Origin: a bacterium
GTDB lineage: Bacteria > Patescibacteriota > Microgenomatia > UBA1406 > GWC2-37-13
Direction: 5' to 3'
Assembly (NCBI GenBank): GCA_021833625.1
Contig: JAKBEU010000002.1
Location: 259,332 to 323,331, forward strand
Length of the DNA stretch: 64,000 bases
Shown: piece after piece, positions 9,572 to 18,496 of the stretch
Layout of the letters: each line of letters starts with the position of its first letter
Position numbering within the stretch: the first letter of the stretch is position 1
Notes under the pieces: generated by a model
Database searches by the model: none
The model's input: the letters and a program-made list of their open reading frames with translations, nothing else
What the model was told of the DNA's origin: nothing
Translations under genes and position numbers: made by a program

Positions 9572-10504
9572 TTACATGATTTTGCTGCGCAGTTTGTACA
9601 CAAGTCCGTAGAGCGGATATGTTACGGGGTTTATGACGAGGTCAAAACTTGCGGACAGATGGATGAACTCCGTTCCGTATCCTTCCTTGAAGCGCGTAAA
9701 TCCTGCCCATGGGTGAGAGGGAGAATACTCAGGAGGAAGCGAACCCCACATATCAAACAGTTCTGCTCCCATTTGCTTGCCCAACTTTATCGCCTCCCAC
9801 ATCAGTAAATTGGGGGCCATGACGTTTTTATGTTCAAGCGAAGAGCCTCCGTAGAGATAGTACATTCGCTTCTTAAAGAACAACAGTTCGTAGGCGGCAA
9901 GCGGGGTTTTGTCAAGAAATGCGACAAGGACATGCGCCTGGGACGCCTTTAACGTGTCCCAAATTGTCCGGTGGTATGACGGAGTGTGTCCGTGATAATT
10001 CTGGCGTTTGCAGGTTTCAAAATAAAGCTTTGAGAATATAGTGAACCCTTCCGTCGTGTCCATCAGTTTTATCGTTACCCCTTTTTTTTCCGCGAGTCTG
10101 ATGTTATATCTAGTTTTTGGCTTCATTTTTGAAAGAAGTTCGTCTTCAGTCGGCTTGAGATTAAGCGTCTGTGTCCATTCGGGAAACAGAGGGTGGGATG
10201 ACTTTACCAATTTAAAATCAGCGCCGTAAGGCACATACGGTTCTATTTTTATGAAAATCAGATTATGTTTCTTTCCCTCATCAGAGAATTTTTGGATGGC
10301 TTTTGCGGAAGGAGCGGTGGAGCGGGGAATATAACCGATTGAAAACGTAGTGTGGGGGATGGGGTGAATGGTCATCTGATAGACCGTATTATCTTCATAA
10401 ATCTTTACGACTTCTATCCCCATTTTTTTCCGTGCCTCTCCCCACTCCCATGTCTGCATGGGGTGATCAACCAGTTTATTTTGTTCTTCTTTCGTCATGT
10501 CCAT
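9572..10504 (-). CDS. FemAB-family peptidoglycan interpeptide-bridge aminoacyltransferase
   Basis: The ORF resembles the FemAB family (WEWGEARKKMG ... KPKTRYNIRLAEKKG ... YYLYGGSS ... FKEGYG). The start is set at the internal ATG 10504 (MDMTKEEQ), 2 nt after the upstream stop. Confidence 0.8.
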   Translation of the reverse strand: MDMTKEEQNKLVDHPMQTWEWGEARKKMGIEVVKIYEDNTVYQMTIHPIPHTTFSIGYIPRSTAPSAKAIQKFSDEGKKHNLIFIKIEPYVPYGADFKLVKSSHPLFPEWTQTLNLKPTEDELLSKMKPKTRYNIRLAEKKGVTIKLMDTTEGFTIFSKLYFETCKRQNYHGHTPSYHRTIWDTLKASQAHVLVAFLDKTPLAAYELLFFKKRMYYLYGGSSLEHKNVMAPNLLMWEAIKLGKQMGAELFDMWGSLPPEYSPSHPWAGFTRFKEGYGTEFIHLSASFDLVINPVTYPLYGLVYKLRSKIM

Positions 10505-10506
10505 TA

Positions 10507-11598
10507 TTATTGTCTTGTTAAAATATCTAACGTTTCCTGTCCCGCTTTTTTCCATGAAAAGTAAGAAATCTGTTTTTTTCCTTTGAGAATAAGTTCTTTT
10601 CTCAGTTCTTTATTGCTGAACAGTTCTTCCAATTTTCCTTCAAGGTCACTGACACTTTTTGGATCAAAATAAAGACACGCCTCTCCTCCTATTTCGGGCA
10701 GACTGGAAGCAAAAGAGGAGATGACGGGACAACTATGGAACATCGCTTCAAGAAGCGGGATACCGAATCCCTCATACAAAGAGGGAAGAACAAAACAAAA
10801 GGCATTTCTGTAAAGACCGTTTTTCTCCTCTTCGCTTATATATCCGGTAAAAATAACATCCTGTCTTAATCCCTCCGGAATTGAGGAAAAGATCGTTTCG
10901 GTAAGCCACCCCTTTTTCCCGACAAGAACCAGTTTGAATTCGGGATGATGTTTTTTGAATACGGCAAAGCTTTTCACCAATGTCTGAATATTTTTTCTCG
11001 GTTGGAGCGTCCCGACATAAAGAATATAGGGAGCGCCTATCTTCAAGGAAGAAACGGACATCGGAGAGGAAAGATGCTCATATCCGTTATAAACGACGGA
11101 TATTTTGTTTTCGGGAATTTCATATTCTTTTATCAAGTCCTTTTTTGTCGTTTTTGAAACGGCAATGATGGAGGAAGATTTTTTCAGTGCATACGCCGTC
11201 CACTTTTCAAGCTGATACAGGTCTTTTTTCAGGAATTCGTTTGGGAAATATAAATAGGAAAGGTCATGTATCGTAACAACCGTTTTATAAGGACAAAAGC
11301 GGGGGATATAATGGGCAGGAGAAAAGAACACGTCAAGCTTTTCGCCAAATAATTTATTTTTCCACAAATGGAAGGGGAGAAATATCTGTGACCAAAGAAA
11401 ACGGCCCGAAACAACCTGATATTTGAAAAATGATGTTTCTTTCGGAAGGTCGCTCGAGGGAGATTGACGCAGATAAATGATGAACTGCACTGTTTCTGTT
11501 GCATGCTTTTGAAAATAATGAAGAAGCTGCAGCGTGTAGACCGAAACGCCCACCTTATGCTCCACATTTGCTTCATTTCCGTCCATTCCTATTTTCAT
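10507..11598 (-). CDS. Glycosyltransferase family 4 (GT-B)
   Basis: It carries the C-terminal GT1/GT4 motif FVLPSLYEGFGIPLLEAM. The start is set at ATG 11598 (MKIGMDGNEA), which forms an ATGA overlap with the upstream gene. Confidence 0.8.
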   Translation of the reverse strand: MKIGMDGNEANVEHKVGVSVYTLQLLHYFQKHATETVQFIIYLRQSPSSDLPKETSFFKYQVVSGRFLWSQIFLPFHLWKNKLFGEKLDVFFSPAHYIPRFCPYKTVVTIHDLSYLYFPNEFLKKDLYQLEKWTAYALKKSSSIIAVSKTTKKDLIKEYEIPENKISVVYNGYEHLSSPMSVSSLKIGAPYILYVGTLQPRKNIQTLVKSFAVFKKHHPEFKLVLVGKKGWLTETIFSSIPEGLRQDVIFTGYISEEEKNGLYRNAFCFVLPSLYEGFGIPLLEAMFHSCPVISSFASSLPEIGGEACLYFDPKSVSDLEGKLEELFSNKELRKELILKGKKQISYFSWKKAGQETLDILTRQ

Positions 11599-12689
11599 AG
11601 TGATGAAAGTGTATTTATAAGATGTCCCATATATCTTTTCCATGTAAACTGCGACGCATACTCAAATCCCCGTCTTGCAAGATCCTCTTTCATTTCGCTA
11701 TTTTTCATTAATGCAATAAGCGCTCTCTTTATGTCTTCAGTTGATTTCGGGTCAAAAAGAAAAGAGTGATCCTCACCTAATTCCTTCAAAGACGAAACGT
11801 CGGATGTTGCAACCGCTTTTTTATGCTGCATGGCTTCTAGTATCGGATATCCGAATCCTTCCCAGACGGAGGGATATATGAAAAAATTGCAGAGTTCATA
11901 CAAGCCGTCAAGTTCTTCATCCGTAACTCTTCCCAGAAAACGGATATTTTTATTTTGTTTATCTTTCTCATCAAAATCCCAACCCTCCGGTCCGACGATA
12001 AGAAGTTCGTATTCATTCTGATCGATTTCATTCCATGAGGCGATAAGTCTTTTAATGTTTTTCCTCGGTTCAAGTTTCCCGACTGAAAGGACAAAGGGTT
12101 TTTGTACATGAAATTTATTTTTTGTAGTATCAAGAACTTTTTTGTTTGGAATATCCGTGAGTACTCCTGAATAAATGGTTTTTACTTTGGAAGGATTGAT
12201 GTGAAGAAGGTTAACAACATCCTTTTTTGTGGTCTCAGAAACCGCGATGATAAGAGAACTCTCTTTTTGAACGAGAGCAAGGCGTTTTTGTTGGGTTTTC
12301 AGGATTGTCTCGTGGACAACCTCAGGGAAACGGAGGAAAGTAAGGTCGTGTATTATTGTTGCCTTTTTGCATTTCGCAGGTGGTTCCGTCCAGTCGGAAG
12401 TAATAAAAAAGTCAAGCGGTCCTGTTACCGTTTCAACCGGAAAGATGTGAAAGGTGTTTGAAAGGACGCTGAGCATTTTAGGAGAAAAGGGAAGTTTGAT
12501 GAAGCGGTGACGGGAAGCGAGGATGCGTTTCTTTAAATCCGTATTGATACTTCCCCTGAAGGAGGAGAAAACAAACGTCCATATATTAACGGAGTCATTA
12601 TCGAGAATGGCCCTTACCAGTCCTTCCGTATATTTTCCGACTCCCGTTGCGGGGTAGGCGATTTGGGATATGTCAATACCGATGTTCAT
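11595..12689 (-). CDS. Glycosyltransferase family 4 (GT-B)
   Basis: It carries the motif FIYPSVWEGFGYPILEAM. The start is set at ATG 12689 (MNIGIDIS), with an ATGA overlap with the upstream gene. Confidence 0.8.
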   Translation of the reverse strand: MNIGIDISQIAYPATGVGKYTEGLVRAILDNDSVNIWTFVFSSFRGSINTDLKKRILASRHRFIKLPFSPKMLSVLSNTFHIFPVETVTGPLDFFITSDWTEPPAKCKKATIIHDLTFLRFPEVVHETILKTQQKRLALVQKESSLIIAVSETTKKDVVNLLHINPSKVKTIYSGVLTDIPNKKVLDTTKNKFHVQKPFVLSVGKLEPRKNIKRLIASWNEIDQNEYELLIVGPEGWDFDEKDKQNKNIRFLGRVTDEELDGLYELCNFFIYPSVWEGFGYPILEAMQHKKAVATSDVSSLKELGEDHSFLFDPKSTEDIKRALIALMKNSEMKEDLARRGFEYASQFTWKRYMGHLINTLSSL

Positions 12690-13885
12690 GTTTTTTTTAT
12701 TTGTTGATAGACTATCTCGAGTTTTTTTGCAATGTATTCCCAACTGTACTCTTTTTTTGCCAGATCATATGCATTTTTTCTAATGTGCTCATAAAGCTTT
12801 TCATCTTTAAGGATACGGATGGTTTGTTTGGCAAATTCCTGGGGAGTGTTCGCGATAAGGACGTGTGTGTTATCGGAAAGGTTGAGTCCTTCAACTCCGG
12901 TTTTTGAAGATATGACGGGCAGTCCGCTTGCCATTGCAGCCAAAATCTTGAGTCTCGTTCCACCGGGTCCGAAGATGGGGGCAATAAAGAGTGTTGAAGT
13001 CTTATACAATCGAAGCACCGTTGCCGAATCGTCCTGACTCAGGTTTATTATTTCAATATTCGGGCTCAGGTTTATTTTTAATTTAAGCTTTGCATTTTGT
13101 CCTGCAACAATTATCCGTGCAGCCGGAAGCAGTTTATTGATAAGCGGGGCAACCTCTGTTGAGAGTATTGTTACCGCTTCGGTATTCTGCAGCCAATCGA
13201 AATTGCCTATGAAGAGAATAACCGGCTTAGTAAAATCCTTTTTCTCAAGACGCGGGACAAACATTTCATCTCCCGCGCAGTTCGGGATAATAACGGGTGT
13301 GATATTAGGTTCCAGACGCTGTATTTCTTTTTTGTCAGCTTCAGACACGGTTCCAACCAGCAGTGCTTTTCGCCAATAGAAGCTTTCCCACCGCTTCAGT
13401 TTGACGATGTCAAACATAAAAAGAAAACGTATGAAGAAGGGAAGTGAATTTACGAAATGTTGATATACCTTATATTCAATCGTCTGCTCGACAAGAAATA
13501 TCGGCGTATCGGTGTCCTGAATGTGAGGCATGATATAGAAGGTCTCCGCGTGGATGACGTCAAACTGCTCTTCCTTGACAATGGTTGACACTATTTTTTT
13601 TGCTTCCTCAGAAAAGTTCCGCGCAATGAGGAACGGGTCTGATGAAAAAATGGCCCGCCAAATCGTTTTAAACTGCCATGGTTTTTCGGGGCGCTTGCAC
13701 AGATAGATATTTTTACAGTAGGGCTTTAAAAACTCCTTATATTTTTTTGTTTTATCGTCCTTATAGAGGGCGATTAACGTGATTTCGTTATTTTTACTCA
13801 AATATTTAAGGAGATTGAGAGTGCGTATTTGACCTCCCGACGCCGGCGGGTAGGGAACGTACGGCGTCAGCATCAATATCTTCAT
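12686..13885 (-). CDS. Glycosyltransferase family 4 (GT-B)
   Basis: 399 aa. N-terminus MKILMLTPYVPYPPASGGQIR, C-terminal FIAPIFGPGGTRLKILAAMASGLPV. It has an ATGA overlap with the upstream gene. Confidence 0.8.
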   Translation of the reverse strand: MKILMLTPYVPYPPASGGQIRTLNLLKYLSKNNEITLIALYKDDKTKKYKEFLKPYCKNIYLCKRPEKPWQFKTIWRAIFSSDPFLIARNFSEEAKKIVSTIVKEEQFDVIHAETFYIMPHIQDTDTPIFLVEQTIEYKVYQHFVNSLPFFIRFLFMFDIVKLKRWESFYWRKALLVGTVSEADKKEIQRLEPNITPVIIPNCAGDEMFVPRLEKKDFTKPVILFIGNFDWLQNTEAVTILSTEVAPLINKLLPAARIIVAGQNAKLKLKINLSPNIEIINLSQDDSATVLRLYKTSTLFIAPIFGPGGTRLKILAAMASGLPVISSKTGVEGLNLSDNTHVLIANTPQEFAKQTIRILKDEKLYEHIRKNAYDLAKKEYSWEYIAKKLEIVYQQIKKT

Positions 13886-15321
13886 AGGGCAAAAAGGGCA
13901 AATTGGTTATTCTCAAACAGGACCCTGTACTGTGCTTTTTTTAATTTTGCAATCACCTCCGACTTATCGGTAAGAATATATGAATACCCCATTTTTTTAA
14001 ATTCTTCGGGCTCCTTATTGAGAATGGGAGATCCCTTTCTGTCTGACAAATAAAGGAGTGTTGTGTCTCCCATTCTATCTGCCACAACCAGATCGGTCGG
14101 TTTGCTGAATGTCTGAATAATTTTTGCCATAAGTAAAAGGTCTGCCGGAACATTGTAATATCCCTGTACCTGAAACCATGAAAAAAGGAAAGACGCCGCA
14201 AAAACAACGACTATTATCGGCATGACAATATACCTGTGTAGAAATACGCTGCTGCCTTCAAGAATTGCGGCAACCCCAAGTCCAACGGCAAGTGCAATTC
14301 CCGGGAATGCTACAATCTGATAATACTCATGCTGCACGTTTCCTCCCTGAAAGACAAAAATATAAAGGAAAGATGCTGCTGTGATAATAAACGGTAACCA
14401 TGTTTTTTGTTTTTTTATAAATCCCAAAACAAAGAAAGCAGTCAGATATCCTCCCAGAATAAGATTATTTATCCGTTCAAAAAACACCCACCTGAAAAAT
14501 GCGGGGCGCATGAATATATCTTTTTCACCTTCCGAGGTATTTACTTGAGTAAAAAGCCAATTACTGGCTGGAATTCCTTCTGGAAACCTGGTGATGTAAT
14601 AGCGCCAAAGAAGGAAAGGTGCTCCGGCTATCAAGAAATAAAGAATTATCTGCAGCTGTTTGGGTGTTGTAAATTTATATTTCCGTACAAAGAGAAACAA
14701 AAGTGGAATTCCGTAAAATGCAACCATCGGTTTTATAAGAAGTGCTATGGCAAAACTGAAAGAGGAGAGAAGAAACCATGCGACTTGTTTGTTTTGTTTT
14801 TTTTCCGTCGTAAATAAATGAAGCAAGAATATGGATACGAATGCAAACGAGAGTGCCGCATTATCCGGGAGTATGGTCCGTGAAAAATAAACGAAAAAAG
14901 GCATGACGGCAAACGTAATTGCGGTGAATATTGCCGTTATCCGTCCGACCTCAACAAGCGCCAGATAGTAGAGAACCGCTATGCAAATCAACGAAAAAAG
15001 AATTGAGACAATGCGCCCCCATATTTCAAGAGACAGGAATGGCATGACAGTATGTAGACCTGCAAACATGGCGTTATAGATGGGAAATTCAACGAAACGG
15101 TATCCGTTTGGATTATCCATTCCGGACTGCACGTTTGAATAATCATCATACGTGGGTTTAAACAGATTGAATCCGGTCCGTTCAAAATTACGGGCAACCG
15201 CTGCCGTATCCGCCTGGCGCCACGAGTGGAAATCCGCAAGGGGAGCATTAATATGATACAGACGCAAAAGAAGAGCCACAAAAAGAATCACTCCTAAAAT
15301 GAAACCGTCTTTTTTTTTCAT
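13882..15321 (-). CDS. GT39/ArnT-like polyprenyl-phosphate-sugar-dependent glycosyltransferase (membrane)
   Basis: 479 aa and polytopic. It has the N-terminal loop motif HSWRQADTAAVARNF typical of the PMT_2/ArnT-like family. Confidence 0.7.
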   Translation of the reverse strand: MKKKDGFILGVILFVALLLRLYHINAPLADFHSWRQADTAAVARNFERTGFNLFKPTYDDYSNVQSGMDNPNGYRFVEFPIYNAMFAGLHTVMPFLSLEIWGRIVSILFSLICIAVLYYLALVEVGRITAIFTAITFAVMPFFVYFSRTILPDNAALSFAFVSIFLLHLFTTEKKQNKQVAWFLLSSFSFAIALLIKPMVAFYGIPLLFLFVRKYKFTTPKQLQIILYFLIAGAPFLLWRYYITRFPEGIPASNWLFTQVNTSEGEKDIFMRPAFFRWVFFERINNLILGGYLTAFFVLGFIKKQKTWLPFIITAASFLYIFVFQGGNVQHEYYQIVAFPGIALAVGLGVAAILEGSSVFLHRYIVMPIIVVVFAASFLFSWFQVQGYYNVPADLLLMAKIIQTFSKPTDLVVADRMGDTTLLYLSDRKGSPILNKEPEEFKKMGYSYILTDKSEVIAKLKKAQYRVLFENNQFALFAL

Positions 15322-16835
15322 ATTTTTTTATTCGCTAAATTCTTCTTATCGGGAAGAGAAGAAATATATCCGATGAAAATTCCCATGAACATCCAAAATA
15401 CGAATGCGACCTTCGATGCCTCGAAGACATCGATATATGTCGCATTCACAAGCAATCCTCCAAATCCCGCCAGAACTCCCAAAAGCAATACCCAATGAGA
15501 ATCTTTTTTTCTTACTTCTTTGAAAATGTCGCAGAACAATTTTCCCAAGATAACAAGGAAAAGAAGAGTTCCGACAGCTCCAAACTCCCCAATCCATCTG
15601 AGGTAGTCGTTGTCGGTTGCCTCAGTTATTGCGGAAGGTCCTTTCCCAAAGATAGGATACTTCAAGAACGCTCTTATCGCACGCGGCCACTCAACCTGCA
15701 GACGTGTTGCAACCGAAATATCAGGAACTACGGTCTGGATTACTTTCATATTGTTCAATGCACTTTCAAGAAGTGCGTCTTCCTGTGATTTTGTCAGGGT
15801 TCTTCCTTGTTTTCGTGCCTGCTCCCGTATCTGGTCACGGATATTATTTTGTGCCTCTTGCGAATCTTTCGTGTTAACGCTTGTGGCGTTAACTCCCGTT
15901 CCACCGGTTCCCAGCACAAAGTCGCCCGGGGGCAGATCGTCAGCTTGTATTTTTCTCGGTACCGTCACCTGTCCGGATGTCCTGTCGACAAATACCTGCT
16001 TTACCTGAAAAGTGCGGCTTAATCTGTTCGTCAGGTTGTTTGAAAGGAGCGTCATGCCGACCGTTGCAACGATGACAATAATGATAAGTTTATATTTTTT
16101 GTTCCAGAGAAGGAAAGGGAACGCGCTTGCAATATAGGCACCGTACGATACGCGGGATGCCGTCAAAACCAGGTTTGAAAGCGCTATTAAAAACAGGGCA
16201 AAAAACCACGGGTTCATCTGGATGGTAAGGGCAAGAATGACGGGAATGAAAAGGATAAGATAAGCTGCTAGGTCATAATGTCCTGCGAAGGTGGAAGAAA
16301 TACGGGCAAAAGAATCAAGCACCAAAAAGTATCCTTTTGCATATTCCGGATTCATTGTCTGGACGGCCGGCCACCCTAAATATTTTTGTCCCAGACCGTA
16401 AAGGCAGACAATCGCAAAGACGACAAGGATAAGACGAAGATAGAACTTGACGTCTTTCCATGATTTAACGACGGCCGCGAATACGAAAAATATCGCCATA
16501 TACTCAACGCGGCGAAGAGCATTGAGGAATCCGACATTTTTTATGACAATAGTTTTTTGGACAAAGAACCCCAGGTAAAATGAAATAAAGACGGCGATCC
16601 AGAAAAGACTAAATAGAATAAGGTATTTTTTATTGAGAGCGACTTTCCGACGCAGAAGCTGCAGCACAAAAAGGATGTAGATAATCGCAACAAAGAAGTC
16701 CTCAAAACGGATGGCAATGTAGGTATAATCAACCATCTTAAAGGGAATCTTCGGGAAGAGGGGAATGAAGAAAATATATCCGACGAGTACTATTTTGAGG
16801 ATGTTATTGTCCAGCCACTTTAAAAGCTTCTTCAT
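15318..16835 (-). CDS. O-antigen ligase/polymerase-like (Wzy_C-type) membrane protein
   Basis: 505 aa with many TM helices and a large soluble loop (about residues 270-390). It sits between glycosyltransferase genes. Confidence 0.6.
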   Translation of the reverse strand: MKKLLKWLDNNILKIVLVGYIFFIPLFPKIPFKMVDYTYIAIRFEDFFVAIIYILFVLQLLRRKVALNKKYLILFSLFWIAVFISFYLGFFVQKTIVIKNVGFLNALRRVEYMAIFFVFAAVVKSWKDVKFYLRLILVVFAIVCLYGLGQKYLGWPAVQTMNPEYAKGYFLVLDSFARISSTFAGHYDLAAYLILFIPVILALTIQMNPWFFALFLIALSNLVLTASRVSYGAYIASAFPFLLWNKKYKLIIIVIVATVGMTLLSNNLTNRLSRTFQVKQVFVDRTSGQVTVPRKIQADDLPPGDFVLGTGGTGVNATSVNTKDSQEAQNNIRDQIREQARKQGRTLTKSQEDALLESALNNMKVIQTVVPDISVATRLQVEWPRAIRAFLKYPIFGKGPSAITEATDNDYLRWIGEFGAVGTLLFLVILGKLFCDIFKEVRKKDSHWVLLLGVLAGFGGLLVNATYIDVFEASKVAFVFWMFMGIFIGYISSLPDKKNLANKKI

Positions 16836-17718
16836 AGGTTTGTTTCAAATAATTGTTATTAATAACAGATCCTAAAAACCATGCGCTTATTGCTTTTAAG
16901 CGTAGCAGAAATCGCAACAAAAAGAGAGCGAATTTTGAATAATGTTTTTTATAAAAGAACAGAAATCCGCGGTAGACCTGAAGGATAGGAAAGGTTTTTC
17001 CGCTACTTGATGCCGAGCCCAAATGAACAATGCGTGACTTCGGATAAAAGTAAGTATTCATACCCATCTTCCTTGCCCGATAGAGCAAGTCGACCTCTTC
17101 CATATACATAAAGATTGTCTCATCAAATCCTCCTACTTTTTCGAAATACTCTTTTTTCGTCATGATTGCGGCTCCCGAAACCCATCCGACCTTCCTTAGG
17201 GTCTTCGGTGAGGAACGGGTAAGTCCCCAGTAATCCCCGCGAAGAAATAAGGCACCGAATACGACAGGAAGCGTATAAAACGGAGCGGAGGATGGCTGTT
17301 GGGTCATGTCACGATTTAAAAGTTTTGGTCCGATGAAATGCATGATATTTTCGTGTTTTTTATAGAAAATGAAGAGCTTTTGCAGCGCATCCTTAAGGAT
17401 TATCGTGTCGGAGTTCAAAAGGAAGACGTATTTTCCGTTTGCAAGCTTGACGCCCTGGTTATTGGCAGGTCCGAACCCCGTATTGGTTTTGTTTGCGACA
17501 AACGTGATGTTTTTGTGTTTTTTTGCATATTCCGCAAGATATTTGGCGGAATCATCCTTAACCGATGCGTTGTCAATGAGAATAATCTCGAACCGGGGAG
17601 TATCTTTTGACTTATAGCTTCGGAAGGACTTGTAAATCGACTCCAAACACTGATGCGTAATTTTTCTGGTGTTAAAAGAAACAATAACGATAGATAGCTC
17701 AGGTTTTCTTGGCGTCAT
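16804..17718 (-). CDS. Glycosyltransferase family 2
   Basis: 304 aa with LSIVIVSFN, IDNAS.D and LNSD motifs of GT-A family 2. It is the first gene of the minus-strand operon. Confidence 0.85.
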   Translation of the reverse strand: MTPRKPELSIVIVSFNTRKITHQCLESIYKSFRSYKSKDTPRFEIILIDNASVKDDSAKYLAEYAKKHKNITFVANKTNTGFGPANNQGVKLANGKYVFLLNSDTIILKDALQKLFIFYKKHENIMHFIGPKLLNRDMTQQPSSAPFYTLPVVFGALFLRGDYWGLTRSSPKTLRKVGWVSGAAIMTKKEYFEKVGGFDETIFMYMEEVDLLYRARKMGMNTYFYPKSRIVHLGSASSSGKTFPILQVYRGFLFFYKKHYSKFALFLLRFLLRLKAISAWFLGSVINNNYLKQTYEEAFKVAGQ

Positions 17719-17722
17719 AATG

Positions 17723-17735
17723 TATAATTATACCA
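17723..17735. promoter_or_regulatory. Back-to-back overlapping -10 boxes in the palindromic TATAATTATA
   Basis: On the minus strand, TGgTATAAT (17735-17727) ends 8 nt before the GT2 ATG at 17718. On the plus strand, TATAAT (17723-17728) lies about 22 nt before the tRNA 5' end. Confidence 0.5.
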
Positions 17736-17750
17736 AATTGGAGCTTTGAA

Positions 17751-17822
17751 GTCAGCATAGCTCAGTGGTAGAGCACACGTTTCATAAGCGTAAGGTCGCA
17801 GGTCCGAATCCTGCTGCTGACA
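17751..17822 (+). tRNA. tRNA with CAU anticodon (elongator Met or Ile2/lysidine type)
   Basis: A hand-folded 72-nt cloverleaf. Acceptor GTCAGCA/TGCTGAC, D-arm GCTC-AGTGGTA-GAGC, anticodon arm CACGT-TTCATAA-GCGTA, variable loop AGGTC, T-arm GCAGG-TCCGAAT-CCTGC, discriminator A. No CCA is encoded. The G1:C72 pair argues against an initiator. Confidence 0.85.
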
Positions 17823-17830
17823 CACAATAT

Positions 17831-18436
17831 ATGCTTACAGAAGAACGAATACACAGGCTCAAAACAGTAGCCTCAAACAGAATTCAAGACATCATCGTTC
17901 TTGAAAACATTCACGACCCCCATAACGCCGCAGCAGCACTTCGCAACTGCGACTCATTTGGGATACAGGAAGTACATATCATCTTTGAGACGGAAAAGAT
18001 ATTTAATCCCGAGAAACTGGGTAAGCTCACCTCAGCCTCAGCCAATAAGTGGCTTACCATCAAAACGTGGAAGACAACGAGTGAATGTTTTTCCGAGCTT
18101 AAAAAGCGGGGATACACCATTTATGCAACTGCAATTGACCTGAAAGCAGCCTCATTTGACGCTTTAGAACTTCCCGAAACCCCCTGTGCCTTCGTATTCG
18201 GGAATGAGGGGTTTGGTATTACGGAAACCGTAAAAAAACTTGCTGACGTGTTGCTTTATATCCCGATGTATGGGTTTGTTGATAGCCTTAATCTTTCGGT
18301 TACCGTCGGAGTAGTCGCTCATGCTCTCAGCCTCAAAAGACGCACGAGCAAACAGAGCCTCTATTCTTCTTCCCAAGCTTCAGACCTTGCCGGAAAATGG
18401 ACTGCCCGAGACGAGGAAAGAAGAAAAGTTGTATAA
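17831..18436 (+). CDS. SpoU/TrmH-family RNA 2'-O-methyltransferase
   Basis: The supplied ORF starts inside the tRNA, so the start is set at ATG 17831 (MLTEERIHRLK). SpoU motifs are present: LENIHDPHNAAAALRNCDSFG, FVFGNEGFG, IPMYGFVDSLNLS. Confidence 0.8.
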   Translation: MLTEERIHRLKTVASNRIQDIIVLENIHDPHNAAAALRNCDSFGIQEVHIIFETEKIFNPEKLGKLTSASANKWLTIKTWKTTSECFSELKKRGYTIYATAIDLKAASFDALELPETPCAFVFGNEGFGITETVKKLADVLLYIPMYGFVDSLNLSVTVGVVAHALSLKRRTSKQSLYSSSQASDLAGKWTARDEERRKVV

Positions 18437-18496
18437 TATTTTCCAATAGTGAGCATTATTTAAAAATTTTAAATTATAAATTAAAAATTTAAGAAT

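Noticed and set aside
17765-17830. An N-terminal extension of the SpoU ORF in the supplied track (MVEHTFHKRKVAGPNPAADTQY).
   Set aside because: This stretch is the tRNA(CAU) gene read as protein. The real start is ATG 17831.
18437-18496. An AT-only spacer with TTAAAAATTT repeated 21 bp apart (18460 and 18481) upstream of the RmlC-like gene.
   Set aside because: It is low-complexity A/T sequence. The phasing could produce DNA curvature or an UP-element effect, but two copies in pure A/T sequence are not distinguishable from chance.
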